From assembly GCA_963664705.1 (NCBI GenBank), contig OY761556.1, forward strand, positions 3,680,001 through 3,744,000: 64,000 nt of DNA, written 5' to 3'. The notes beneath the pieces were generated by a model. That model ran no database searches and was not told the DNA's origin. It saw only the letters and a program-made list of their open reading frames with translations. The translations under genes and the position numbers were made by a program. The stretch comes from Acidobacteriota bacterium. GTDB taxonomy: Bacteria > Acidobacteriota > UBA6911. Below, piece after piece: positions 38,701 to 48,642 of the stretch (positions within the stretch are counted from its first letter, which is position 1; every line of letters begins with the position of its first letter).

Positions 38701-40743
38701 ATGCGGATCATCCTATCAGTGCTTTTATCGTTAGCACTTATTCCATCCATCCGCCAAAGGCCGGAGTGGAATAGATTTATTATCTTCGTCTGGCAGTACC
38801 AGACTGACGTTCTCCGCGACAAAGCACTCTACGAACAAGCGGGGCTCCATGCCTTCCATATTGACCGCGGCGACGGCGAGGACGAACTCGTCAAATTTTC
38901 AATCAAGAACAATTTTCCATATTATGTCGACCACGCCGCAGGAAAAGGCATTCTTTATCTTTCCAACTCGCTGCGCCCCCAGGTAACCGGAAAACGCGAT
39001 TTACTCATTCGCCCCCGTAGTCTTGCCGACCCAAACGTCATCAAGGAATTACAAGACCTGCTTCGCGCTAATATTTCCACCACGCAAAAGGGACTTGCTT
39101 ATGCATACGCCTTCGATGATGAGATCTCGCTGGGTTCATTCAACTCTCCTGCCGAGGTAGACGTTCACCCGCTATCCATTGCCCGGTATCACCAATGGCT
39201 TTCCGAGCGCTACGGCACGATTGCGCGACTAAATGCGTCTTGGGGTACATCCTACGAATCTTTCAACGATGTCCAACCGGTCAGCTTTGAAGACGTCCGC
39301 AAATCCGCCAATTCTCCTCCCTTCGCGAATTGGAATCTTTCGCGCTGGATGGAGTGGCGCCATTTTATGGACTATCAGTTTGCGAAGGTTCTCTCTGACC
39401 TGACCCAGTATGCAAATAAGCTGGATCCCCGAATTCCGGCAGGCTTTGTGGGCGGACAACAACCCTCGGCCTACGGGGGCTACGACTATGCCTATCTCAG
39501 CCGGGCGGTTCAATGGATGGAGGGGTCGGATGAATTGCTGCGGTCTTTCTGGAATCGTCCGCGGCGCCCACATGTTCAGACCTATAATATTACCGGTTCA
39601 GTCACAAGAGATACCTGGACACTCTGGTACCGCCTGGCTCACGGCGATCAGGCTGGGATTGCCTGGCCGGATGGCTGGTTTCGCACCGATTCATTGACCG
39701 GCAAGCGAATGCTGACAAAGGAAATCCAGGAACTTGCGCCGGTTTTTCGCGAAATTCAGGGCCCGGCAAGCGAATTTATCGTGAATCCGGACACCCATCT
39801 CGAGACCGATCCCATAGGGATTTACTATTCGCATCCCAGCATTCGGGCCGGGTGGGTAATGGATAGCATAACCCATGGCAGTACCTGGCCCAATCGCGCC
39901 TCCAGCCTTGATGATGAGAATTCGTCCTCGGCTCATCTCCGTTCCTCGTGGTGCCGACTGCTCGAGGATCTGGGGTATCAGTATGATTTCATAAGCTATC
40001 TGGACGTCCAGGAAAAAAAGATTGATTTGAATCAGCGTTTTAAGGTGATCGTCCTCCCACAGACCATTTGCCTCTCCGACGTTGAAGTTGAAGCACTGAG
40101 GTCATTTGTAAAATCCGGAGGAATTCTGATCGCGGACGATCTTACAGGCTTACTGACAGACACAGGACGCGGACGCAAACAGGGGGCTTTGGATGATCTC
40201 TTCGGAATTGTCCGTGACGAGTCCAAGGGATACCTGGACGGGAGAGGATTGACCGAGATCGACGCGGAATATGGAAACAAACCATTTCAGGATCGGCTTC
40301 GAGCCTATCCGGGGTCTCTGCACAAAGGACCACTGGTTGTTTTTGAAAGAGGCACGCAACAGAAAATCCAAAACAGCAGGGCAATTTACCTAAACCTGAC
40401 CCCGCTGGCTTATGAACACTGGCGGAATGATCGTCCGGGGCAAGAGTGGCGTACGCTGATAGGAAACACGCTGAAGGAATTGGGAGTGCCGCCTCGTATA
40501 ATGACGAATTTGCCCTTTGTGGAATCGCTGCTTTGGCGAAATGGCGATCGGTATGTGCTCGCCATTGTAAAAAACAGCGAGGGAGAGACTCAACGAACCG
40601 GGCAACAGATTCGTATTCAACTGGGAATAGATGCAAAAAATATCAGAAACATCCGAACCGGAAAGGCGTTAGCCGGGCCAGACTTTACAGACGAATTCAA
40701 TCCCTGCGAGGCAAATCTCTATGGTTTTACGGGGCCCAGGTAA
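38701..40743 (+). CDS. Secreted GH42-like (beta-galactosidase catalytic + trimerisation-like domain) protein
   Basis: WLSERYGTIARLNASWGT, WMEWRHF, FKVIVLPQ...FVKSGGILIAD; AFDDE candidate acid/base. Confidence 0.65.
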   Translation: MRIILSVLLSLALIPSIRQRPEWNRFIIFVWQYQTDVLRDKALYEQAGLHAFHIDRGDGEDELVKFSIKNNFPYYVDHAAGKGILYLSNSLRPQVTGKRDLLIRPRSLADPNVIKELQDLLRANISTTQKGLAYAYAFDDEISLGSFNSPAEVDVHPLSIARYHQWLSERYGTIARLNASWGTSYESFNDVQPVSFEDVRKSANSPPFANWNLSRWMEWRHFMDYQFAKVLSDLTQYANKLDPRIPAGFVGGQQPSAYGGYDYAYLSRAVQWMEGSDELLRSFWNRPRRPHVQTYNITGSVTRDTWTLWYRLAHGDQAGIAWPDGWFRTDSLTGKRMLTKEIQELAPVFREIQGPASEFIVNPDTHLETDPIGIYYSHPSIRAGWVMDSITHGSTWPNRASSLDDENSSSAHLRSSWCRLLEDLGYQYDFISYLDVQEKKIDLNQRFKVIVLPQTICLSDVEVEALRSFVKSGGILIADDLTGLLTDTGRGRKQGALDDLFGIVRDESKGYLDGRGLTEIDAEYGNKPFQDRLRAYPGSLHKGPLVVFERGTQQKIQNSRAIYLNLTPLAYEHWRNDRPGQEWRTLIGNTLKELGVPPRIMTNLPFVESLLWRNGDRYVLAIVKNSEGETQRTGQQIRIQLGIDAKNIRNIRTGKALAGPDFTDEFNPCEANLYGFTGPR

Positions 40744-40875
40744 TTTTTTCGCTCCGGGCCTTGTGGGTTTGGTATTCGGGACCCAATGCATGCCCATATA
40801 TTTGCCCTAAAACAGTTTGCCCAATTAGGGGACAAGATCTAAAATCGCACCACACTCTCTATCCTGGAGGACAAA

Positions 40876-41076
40876 GTGAAAAATTACGGCACGGCAAGTC
40901 AAGTCTTCTTGTTGTTGGCTTTATTGGGCTGGATCGGTTGGATTGCAACGAGGTTTACAGGGCCGGTTTTCAGGATTTCCTACGAGGGATTTCTTGCCTT
41001 TACGAATACATGCCTGCTTTTTGCTATTGCCGCCAGTCTGATCGGACTGGGACTATCCCAGAAGAAAGCAGAATAG
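40876..41076 (+). CDS. Small two-TM membrane protein
   Basis: GGAGG RBS then GTG; two hydrophobic helices. Confidence 0.65.
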   Translation: MKNYGTASQVFLLLALLGWIGWIATRFTGPVFRISYEGFLAFTNTCLLFAIAASLIGLGLSQKKAE

Positions 41077-41090
41077 GAAATTTAGAAAAG

Positions 41091-41120
41091 TTGACACCTA
41101 AGCATCCTTGCGCTTAGAAT
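41091..41120 (+). promoter_or_regulatory. sigma70 promoter of peptide-PqqD-kinase-NTase cassette
   Basis: TTGACA-18 nt-TAGAAT. Confidence 0.6.
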
Positions 41121-41245
41121 AATTTACCCTCACTCATTTTGAAGATTTGACTGCGGATGTACGATAAGGAGGAAGTGCCTGCAGCCGAAGTATCCCCGTT
41201 ACGAGCGCACAACAAACCTAGCAGGCTGTAAAGGAGTGCACCCTG

Positions 41246-41488
41246 ATGTCGGAAGAACACGAGAAAAAAGCGGGCAAGGTGGCTGCGCCTGGACTTGACG
41301 AGGAAATCGTTGCAGCTAAAGAAGGACCAACAGGGACTCGGAGGGAGATCATCAAAGCCGGGATCGCGGCAGTACCTATCCTATTGACTCTAAAAAGCAA
41401 ACCGGCGTGGGCGAAAGAGGATAAGTACACGCATTCTGACAAAATGTCAGCAACCCATTTTTCGCATCATCCTGACGACGCCAAATAA
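41246..41488 (+). CDS. 80-aa twin-arginine leader peptide, candidate RiPP-like precursor
   Basis: AAGGAG RBS; TRREIIK, AAVPILLTL, PAWA, then 24-aa polar tail. Confidence 0.75.
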   Translation: MSEEHEKKAGKVAAPGLDEEIVAAKEGPTGTRREIIKAGIAAVPILLTLKSKPAWAKEDKYTHSDKMSATHFSHHPDDAK

Positions 41489-41496
41489 TTTATCTG

Positions 41497-41781
41497 ATGT
41501 CCCCGTTCGCAGACGAAGTCTGGAAAATATCAAGCGGGTCTCGCTTGCATTATCGAAAATGGCAGAATGAATACGTTTTCTATAATGCGGGATCTGGCGA
41601 TACGCATCTATTGGATGCGGTTTCTGGAGAGGTATTGAGCTATCTGGAAAAGAACCCTTCGACGGTTGAACAGATTTCAGCCGCACTGGGATTTCCGAAG
41701 GATCCGGCTCGACGGGATCTTCTCCCTCAGATAATCCACCATCTTCGCAATGCATCATTGATAGAGCTTGAGTTGCAGTGA
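41497..41781 (+). CDS. PqqD-family/RRE peptide chaperone, HPr-rel-A system (TIGR04353-like)
   Basis: WQNEYVFYNAGSGDTHLLD then three helices ending LRNASLI. Confidence 0.85.
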   Translation: MSPFADEVWKISSGSRLHYRKWQNEYVFYNAGSGDTHLLDAVSGEVLSYLEKNPSTVEQISAALGFPKDPARRDLLPQIIHHLRNASLIELELQ

Positions 41782-42674
41782 AGATCGGCGAAGCTACCTA
41801 TTCACAGCTGAAGAGCCTGCTGATCGATCAGGGCCTGCCATTTCAATCCGGCCCCTTTTCGATCAAACTTCATACGGACATCCCTGCAATTATCCAGCCC
41901 CTGCAAACCCTGTACTGGGACTATGCGATTGATCCACAAAAGGAATTCTTCGATTTCCATATTTCGGTGAAACGGGCAAAGGGCCTCCGCCGATGGTGGA
42001 AACCGCAGGTCCGCTTTCTCTTGCAGAACGAATCTTTCTTTTTTCCCTTTCCCATTAGCCTTTCGTATCCACTATTCGAATGGGGGCTCAACTGGTGTAT
42101 ATCCTCCCAGGCAAATCAGTATCTTATTATCCACTCGGCTGTGTTGGAACGTAACGGTCAGGCCATATTTCTAACCGCATCCCCGGGAGCGGGAAAAAGC
42201 ACTCTTGCCGCGGCATTGACATTCCGTGGTTGGAGGCTTCTCTCAGATGAACTGGCTCTTATCCGGCTGACGGACACTCGCGTTGCACCATTGGCCAGAC
42301 CCATCAGCATCAAGAATGACTCTATCCCAATAATCAGAAACTATGCGCCTGAAGCGGTAATCGGCCCTATCTGGCATGACCCGGAAGGCACGGTTGCGCA
42401 CATTCGTCCGCCCCGAGAATGCGTCGACAAAGCGAACGAGCTTGCGAGACCTTCTGTAATACTCTTTATGGCCTACAAGCCCGATTCAAACACCGAAGTG
42501 ACGCCCGTACCCAAATCAAGGGCGTTTTTGAGGATGGGCGAGAACGCCTTTAATTACAGTCTGCTGGGAACAGCCGGGTTTGAAACCATGGCGAACCTGA
42601 TTGAGGCATGCAATATTTACGAGTTTTATTACAGCGACCTCGATGATGCAGTAGCGCAACTTGCATCCCTATAG
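41778..42674 (+). CDS. HprK-related kinase A (TIGR04352-like)
   Basis: RRWWKPQ, FEWGLNWCI, IIHSAV, ASPGAGKST, LLSDE, GTVAH, NAFNY. Confidence 0.9.
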   Translation: MKIGEATYSQLKSLLIDQGLPFQSGPFSIKLHTDIPAIIQPLQTLYWDYAIDPQKEFFDFHISVKRAKGLRRWWKPQVRFLLQNESFFFPFPISLSYPLFEWGLNWCISSQANQYLIIHSAVLERNGQAIFLTASPGAGKSTLAAALTFRGWRLLSDELALIRLTDTRVAPLARPISIKNDSIPIIRNYAPEAVIGPIWHDPEGTVAHIRPPRECVDKANELARPSVILFMAYKPDSNTEVTPVPKSRAFLRMGENAFNYSLLGTAGFETMANLIEACNIYEFYYSDLDDAVAQLASL

Positions 42675-42683
42675 CGGGCATAT

Positions 42684-43754
42684 ATGGCAGAACAAGCAAA
42701 TCTTCTGATAAAAGCCCTCTGTGATCCGAAAGCTGCCGGGGATTTCAGCCTTTCGGAATGGGACAGGTGTATTCGAATGGCCCGGCATTCCAATGTCTTA
42801 TCCCGGCTTTCGTTTTTGCTCAAAGACCAGACAGAAAGCGGACAGATTGCCGCGCCAGTACGCGAGCATCTGCTGGCCGCACGAGTCGTTGCGGATCAAC
42901 ACGAGCGCATCATGCGATGGGAGGTGAGGCAGGTTGAGCGTGTGTTGGGGCCGATGGCCAGGCAGACAATCCTGCTTAAGGGTGCAGCTTATGTAACCCG
43001 CGGACTTCCGCCTGCTCGAGGACGACTCTACTCCGACCTCGACATAATGGTCCCACTGAGCGAAATTGACAGGGTTGAAACAGCGCTGCTTCAAAACGGG
43101 TGGGAGCACATTAAGCTCGAGCCCTATGACCAGAGATATTACAGGCAATGGATGCACGAATTGCCTCCATTACGACATGGTGTGCGAAAGACCTGCCTGG
43201 ACGTACATCACACAATCCTGCCCCGATCCGGCCGTCTTCGCCCTGCTCCGGATCTGCTTTTCAAGGCAGCTGCTCCAATGGAAGGAACATACTTTCGGAC
43301 GCTCTCTTCGGCCGATATGGTTCTGCACTCGGCCGCGCATCTATTCCAGGATGGAGATCTTGCCGGTGGTCTGAGAGATCTGACCGATCTGGATGATCTG
43401 CTCCGATACTTTGACCTGCAGGCGGGATTCTGGGATGATCTGGTTTCAAGAGGAGAAACGCTGGGCCTCTTGCGTCCCCTGTTCTACGCACTTCGGTACA
43501 CACGGAAAATATTGGGAACGCCAATACCGGAATCAGTACGGATCAGGGCAGAGTCCGGATCACCACCGGCAATGGCTCTTAAAATAATGGATCACGCCGT
43601 ATCCCGGGCGCTCACTCCGCTGGAACCGGTTGCCAATACTCCAGGGGCAGGGTTTGCTCGATGGTTTCTCTACGTTCGTTCACACTATCTGCGCATGCCC
43701 CCTACTCTGCTCTTTGTTCATCTTCTGCGCAAAGCGGTCAGGCGTGCCCATTAG
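42684..43754 (+). CDS. Nucleotidyltransferase family protein (NTP_transf_5 type)
   Basis: LLKGAAY, GRLYSDLDIMVP, YYRQWMHELPP, DVHH, YVRSHYLRMP. Confidence 0.88.
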   Translation: MAEQANLLIKALCDPKAAGDFSLSEWDRCIRMARHSNVLSRLSFLLKDQTESGQIAAPVREHLLAARVVADQHERIMRWEVRQVERVLGPMARQTILLKGAAYVTRGLPPARGRLYSDLDIMVPLSEIDRVETALLQNGWEHIKLEPYDQRYYRQWMHELPPLRHGVRKTCLDVHHTILPRSGRLRPAPDLLFKAAAPMEGTYFRTLSSADMVLHSAAHLFQDGDLAGGLRDLTDLDDLLRYFDLQAGFWDDLVSRGETLGLLRPLFYALRYTRKILGTPIPESVRIRAESGSPPAMALKIMDHAVSRALTPLEPVANTPGAGFARWFLYVRSHYLRMPPTLLFVHLLRKAVRRAH

Positions 43755-43777
43755 AAATGGCGGCAGGTACTGATCTT

Positions 43778-44668
43778 CTAGGAACTCAGGGCGGGCGTTT
43801 GATTTGAATACAATGGCAGCCTTTGAACAACTTCCGTAACCGTTCCGAAACGGAAGTCCGCAAGCAGATGCTCCAGCTTCTTTCGCATTCCGCTCAGATT
43901 CGTATAGTGCCGCAGTCTGGACTTTAAAGGAGCGTCGATTTGCGGCTGATCCGGATCGATCTCCCAGGGGTGAAAATAAACCATGGCCGGCTGCCGTTCG
44001 ACATTGTTGATTTCGCGGATCGCCCAGCGCGTAACTGCATACGGCAGGAGACGCAGATACCCGCCGCCAGCCGCTCCGATGTTATGGTTTAGTTTCCGCA
44101 TCGTGGAAGGGGGAAATTCCAATATGTGGTTTCGCCAGTGGGGAAATCGGCTTGATTCCGGCATTCCATACAGATCGTGATGCACGGGAAAAATGGAGGA
44201 GTCTATCCGGATGCCCACTTCGACGAGAATATCCAGCGCCCACAGCGTATCCCGGGCAATTGAAAAGCTTGGCGCCCGGTAGCAGAGAACAGGTTTCTGA
44301 CCCTGATCTGTCAACAGCCCCAGGGAACGTCGTGTATCTTCGCGAAATTGCTCGGGCGTCAGGCGCCGGATGTGCTGGTGGGCATAGCTGTGGCAGCCGA
44401 TCTCATGGCCGGCATTTGAAATCCTGCGCACCAGTGCAGGGGATTTTTCGGCAACCCAGCCAAGGACAAAAAAAGTCGCGGTGGTATTGTGCGCGGCCAG
44501 CAGATCCAGGATATTGTCGACATTCCGTTCAACCCGCAGTTGATATCCGGACCAGGCTGAGGGCGACACATGCTTTGCAAAAGCTTCAACGTGAAAATAG
44601 TCTTCTACGTCAATGCTGAACGCATTCAGGATTTTTTTGTCGGCTGAAATGAGATCCGTGTTCATCAT
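43778..44668 (-). CDS. Polysaccharide deacetylase, XrtA-system type (DUF3473)
   Basis: SIDVEDYFHV, HEIGCHSYAH, YRAPSFSI, GGGYLR, YFHPWEIDPDQP. Confidence 0.92.
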   Translation of the reverse strand: MMNTDLISADKKILNAFSIDVEDYFHVEAFAKHVSPSAWSGYQLRVERNVDNILDLLAAHNTTATFFVLGWVAEKSPALVRRISNAGHEIGCHSYAHQHIRRLTPEQFREDTRRSLGLLTDQGQKPVLCYRAPSFSIARDTLWALDILVEVGIRIDSSIFPVHHDLYGMPESSRFPHWRNHILEFPPSTMRKLNHNIGAAGGGYLRLLPYAVTRWAIREINNVERQPAMVYFHPWEIDPDQPQIDAPLKSRLRHYTNLSGMRKKLEHLLADFRFGTVTEVVQRLPLYSNQTPALSS

Positions 44669-44764
44669 TAGCGAAGCCCATACTCTGACCTGGCGGACCG
44701 TCATCGACGGCGCTGGAGAGCCGGCCCACATTTTATTGACATGTCGCGTGGGCGGCTATCCTGA

Positions 44765-45661
44765 CTACTGGCCGTTTTTTTGAGAACTGCGGTAGTAATA
44801 CTGGTAATAGTAACGGGAAGTGGAAACCCGTTTCTGGCGGTTGATGACTATGCCACAAATATGGTCGCGTCCAATTCGATCCACTGCCTGCGCCGCAAGC
44901 TTCGCGGGAGTGGAATTCGCTCTCAGAACAAGAACCACGGTATCGCAGAGAGGGATCAGAAGATTAGTATCTGACAGAGAGAGGATTGGCGGAGAGTCGA
45001 CAATCACAAAGTCAAAGTTTTCCGCCGCAGCCTTCAGCAAACGCTCAAACTGCTGCGACCCGAGCAATTCCGATGGGTTGGAGGGAAGTGGCCCGGATGG
45101 CAGGAAACAGAATTCGGGATTCGCCGATTTGAGAATAGCCCGGTTGAAAGGTATGTTTCCGCGCAACACTTCAGAGAGACCGAGGGTATCCCCTGCTCCA
45201 TTGATGCCAAAACCGGCACCTGATCGAGGCTTTCTCATATCGGCATCAATCAGGAGTATTCGCTTCCCCGGCTCTTGAGCAAACACACCGACCAGCCCGG
45301 AAGCCGTAAAGGTTTTCCCCTCTTCCGGAACTGTGCTGGTAACAAGTACCGTCTTGATACCGCGCTGCTTTTGCATCAACCCAAGCCTGGAGCGCAAAAG
45401 CCGGAACTGTTCGCCTGCTACCGTAAGGGGCTCCAGCACATTTCTGATTTGCGGCGATGCGAGCGCGAGATCAAACCTGTCCGTTTCACAGATTTCGACA
45501 TCCACCGGAAGCTGTGCAGGTGGCATCACGTCAAGAGTGACTTCCGGTTTGAATTCTTCAACGGGTTCAGGCAAAGGCTCTGCAATCGCCGGCTCAGGCA
45601 CTATTGCCTTTTTCCTTCGTTCAGTTTCAGTCTTCTTGAGAAAGTCGAATATTTCGCTCAT
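44765..45661 (-). CDS. CpsD/CapB-type tyrosine kinase (Wzc cytoplasmic part)
   Basis: EQFRLLR, TSTVPEEGKT, LIDAD, VDSPP, C-terminal YYYQYYY. Confidence 0.93.
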   Translation of the reverse strand: MSEIFDFLKKTETERRKKAIVPEPAIAEPLPEPVEEFKPEVTLDVMPPAQLPVDVEICETDRFDLALASPQIRNVLEPLTVAGEQFRLLRSRLGLMQKQRGIKTVLVTSTVPEEGKTFTASGLVGVFAQEPGKRILLIDADMRKPRSGAGFGINGAGDTLGLSEVLRGNIPFNRAILKSANPEFCFLPSGPLPSNPSELLGSQQFERLLKAAAENFDFVIVDSPPILSLSDTNLLIPLCDTVVLVLRANSTPAKLAAQAVDRIGRDHICGIVINRQKRVSTSRYYYQYYYRSSQKNGQ

Positions 45662-45753
45662 TGGTCCCGCGGCATTTTTGCCGCCCATGTAAAGAGGTCG
45701 TGCGACCCCGCAGATGTGTTATCGACAGCCTTGACTCAGAACTTGTGCCTTAT

Positions 45754-47295
45754 TCACGCCGGCTTGCCTTTTCCAATTAGTTTCATTGCCCGGCCCGCCT
45801 TCACCGCGGGTATCTCGGAGATGGTCACCAACACCGGAAGCTTCAGGGCAAAGGACACCTCATCCTCATTGCTTAATGTGGAATCCAGCAACTCTCGGCC
45901 GAATGCCGCGCCGATTCCGGCAGCGAACCCGACACCAATTCCCATCCAGATAATCTGAATTCGATTGGGAAAGGAGGGTTTTTCCGGCATGTTCGGTTCA
46001 TCCATAACCCTGTAGGTATCGCTGTTTTTGCTGTTTTCCAGGTTCGCGGTCATCTGCGACTGAAACTTCTTGCTCTGCAGATTGGCATATTGCTGCTTCA
46101 AGGCTTCATAATCTCGAGAAAGCGCGGTAAACATCTGATCCAATGCCGGAGCCAGATTCAGCTTGCCCTGGTAGGTTTTGATTTCCGCCAGAATTCCCTC
46201 TTTCTCTTTTTCGCGTTTGGCTATTTCATTTCTGATGCTTTCGTTTTCCATTCTCAGTTCGGCCGCTTCCACATCCAACATGGATTCTGCCCCGGTAATC
46301 ACCCTCTCAGGCTTTGCCACGGCTGCGTTATCATCAGTGGATATCGGCGTATCGGCTGCCGCCCTTGCCTCCTCAATGCGCTTCAGTTCCTCCAATTCCC
46401 TCTTGAGCCGGATGACGTCCGGGTGGCTGGCGGTATATTTGACAAGCGCGTTGTTTAATTCTATCTGTTTGGCCGAAATCAACGGATTCGGTGGCACAAC
46501 ATTCCTGGCGGCTTTAGCCGGAGCTGATGGCGGGGGAGCGATAAGGTCACGCGTCAGAGTGCTAAGCCGCTTCTGCTCCTGGTTTCGCATATCCAAAAGC
46601 TTCAACAGGTCCCTGGCACGTTGAAGAGCGCTCTCGACAGCAGCCAACTGCGCCCTCGCTCCGCTCAACGCATTCATGTTGGTCGCAGCCTGCTCCGGGA
46701 GTTCCCCCAGGTGCTCCATCTTGAACTTTTTGATTTTGTCTTCCTGCTCCGCCAGGTTCTGCTGCGTCTGCCGCAATTGCTCATCAAGAAACTGATCCGC
46801 TTCCACTGCCCGGCTCTTTCTTGAAGAATTGCCGGTAGTGATCAGCGTTTCGACAATGCGCCGGAGAATCTGCTGCGCCTGTTGCGCCTCGGGGGCGGCA
46901 TAGGATATCGAAAAGACATTTCCGGCAGTACTCACTACCTGGATGTTTCTGCCAATGCCTGTAACGGCATAATCCATGGAGAAATTTTTGTCGTTCCCGT
47001 ACCCGAAGAGTCCGAATTCCGTCACCATGCGCTCGAGGAAACTCCGGCTTTGGATCTGAACTCGGATGGCGGCAATCTGCTCCTCGGGACTCGTATGATC
47101 GGACCGTACATAATCTTGGGAAATCAGGCCATTCTCAACGAGAATCCTGGCTTCCGATTTATAGACATTGGGAGTCCGCCAGCTGTATGCGGCGGCACCG
47201 GCACCCACCAGAATAAAGCATGCCAGTGCGTACCACTTCCTCCGCCACAATATTTTTAAGTACTCTAATGGCTCCAGGTTTCTGAAATCTTTCAT
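45754..47295 (-). CDS. Polysaccharide co-polymerase / chain-length determinant (GumC/Wzz type)
   Basis: ILWRRKW + TM, coiled coil, YTASHPDV, PEKPSFPNR + TM. Confidence 0.92.
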   Translation of the reverse strand: MKDFRNLEPLEYLKILWRRKWYALACFILVGAGAAAYSWRTPNVYKSEARILVENGLISQDYVRSDHTSPEEQIAAIRVQIQSRSFLERMVTEFGLFGYGNDKNFSMDYAVTGIGRNIQVVSTAGNVFSISYAAPEAQQAQQILRRIVETLITTGNSSRKSRAVEADQFLDEQLRQTQQNLAEQEDKIKKFKMEHLGELPEQAATNMNALSGARAQLAAVESALQRARDLLKLLDMRNQEQKRLSTLTRDLIAPPPSAPAKAARNVVPPNPLISAKQIELNNALVKYTASHPDVIRLKRELEELKRIEEARAAADTPISTDDNAAVAKPERVITGAESMLDVEAAELRMENESIRNEIAKREKEKEGILAEIKTYQGKLNLAPALDQMFTALSRDYEALKQQYANLQSKKFQSQMTANLENSKNSDTYRVMDEPNMPEKPSFPNRIQIIWMGIGVGFAAGIGAAFGRELLDSTLSNEDEVSFALKLPVLVTISEIPAVKAGRAMKLIGKGKPA

Positions 47296-48608
47296 TGTAT
47301 ATTCCTGATGGGAGGTTCATAGTCGCTGCGCTTTCGGGACGGCCAAACATACTGCAATCCTGCGTAGGCACTGAATCGGTTCAATCCCAAACCGTCCACA
47401 GAGAAATTGCGCGCCTGCTGATTCTGATAAAAACTGTTAACGCTGAGGAAGAGATCCCGCAGCAGAACAAATTCGAAGCCCCCGCCACCGGAAAATGTCT
47501 TCAGTAATCCGTCATAATCCTGTTCGGTGCTTCGATAATAATAGCCCTGCAATCGAGCGCTAATCCTGGGTGTAATCCGATAGCCCAATTCGGCGCTGGC
47601 AATGTTGGAGGTCATCAGCCGTGAAATGCCTATTGCCGAAGTAAAGCCCCGCTGGTATGTCAAACTGAACATGGTATTTCTCGATGTATACCCTATTCCG
47701 CCACTCACGCTTTCGCCAAAGCGATTCCTGTTCTGATATTTTGTATACTCAACCCCTCCACTGGCAGATAAACTCCAAGAGTGACTCAATCGAAAATCAA
47801 AGCCGGCCAGCTGGAGGCGATGAATCTGAGCATCACGGGATTGCTCGTCAACGTAATTCAGATAGGTGGAATATTGGCTGGAAAAATGCAACCATTTCGT
47901 AAACTCGTATTCAAAGCGCCCACCAACATCAAAGGCATTAGAATTTCGTAAATTTTGCTGCGGATACTTGTAATAATTGAATCCACCAAAAACTCCAAAT
48001 TGGGCCTTTTTCGTCAGGCGGAAATCAGCAGCAGCCTGAAGGGAGTTTCGCGTTATCCGTTGCCTATTAAAGAGCACTTCATTTGAAAAGCTGGGTTCAT
48101 AATGCAATGGAGAGTAAAGTGACAGGAAGGACCAGGAATCATTGAAAGAGGATGTAAGCTGGTTTGTAATCTGGAAAGATGTCCGCTTGGACATCTGATA
48201 CGAATACTGCGCGTCCCCATAATAATCCCAGCTGTTTAAATCCCGATGTCTTTCGTAATAGCGATACCCCGCTCCGATATCTACATGAAATTTGGATTTT
48301 TTCCTGCCGGCATTAAAGAATGTTCTTGGCAGAACAGCCGAAATTCCAGAGGACTCCCTTGGCCCATACATAGGGGAGATATCTGTCGTATACGCCTGGT
48401 AGGCACTCAGAGAGAAGCCCCAACTGTTTCGGACGCTCTGAAAAACATCATCGACAAAGGTTTTTGCGGCTAGAGATTTCTGATTCTCCGTATCCTGAAC
48501 CGGGATAGGAATTGGCTCTTCGTTATCCAGCGTCGTATCGTTGGGTTCCTGGGCCGGGCATAATGGAGCGCTGAATAGAAGAATGGCCAGGCCAAGCCAC
48601 AATTTCAT
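47292..48608 (-). CDS. EPS-locus outer-membrane beta-barrel protein
   Basis: Signal peptide; aromatic-rich alternating strands; GLQYVW near C-terminus; between wza and wzz-type genes. Confidence 0.75.
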   Translation of the reverse strand: MKLWLGLAILLFSAPLCPAQEPNDTTLDNEEPIPIPVQDTENQKSLAAKTFVDDVFQSVRNSWGFSLSAYQAYTTDISPMYGPRESSGISAVLPRTFFNAGRKKSKFHVDIGAGYRYYERHRDLNSWDYYGDAQYSYQMSKRTSFQITNQLTSSFNDSWSFLSLYSPLHYEPSFSNEVLFNRQRITRNSLQAAADFRLTKKAQFGVFGGFNYYKYPQQNLRNSNAFDVGGRFEYEFTKWLHFSSQYSTYLNYVDEQSRDAQIHRLQLAGFDFRLSHSWSLSASGGVEYTKYQNRNRFGESVSGGIGYTSRNTMFSLTYQRGFTSAIGISRLMTSNIASAELGYRITPRISARLQGYYYRSTEQDYDGLLKTFSGGGGFEFVLLRDLFLSVNSFYQNQQARNFSVDGLGLNRFSAYAGLQYVWPSRKRSDYEPPIRNIQ

Positions 48609-48642
48609 GTTTCCAAAAGCTAAACGATTTGAAGGTCTAATT

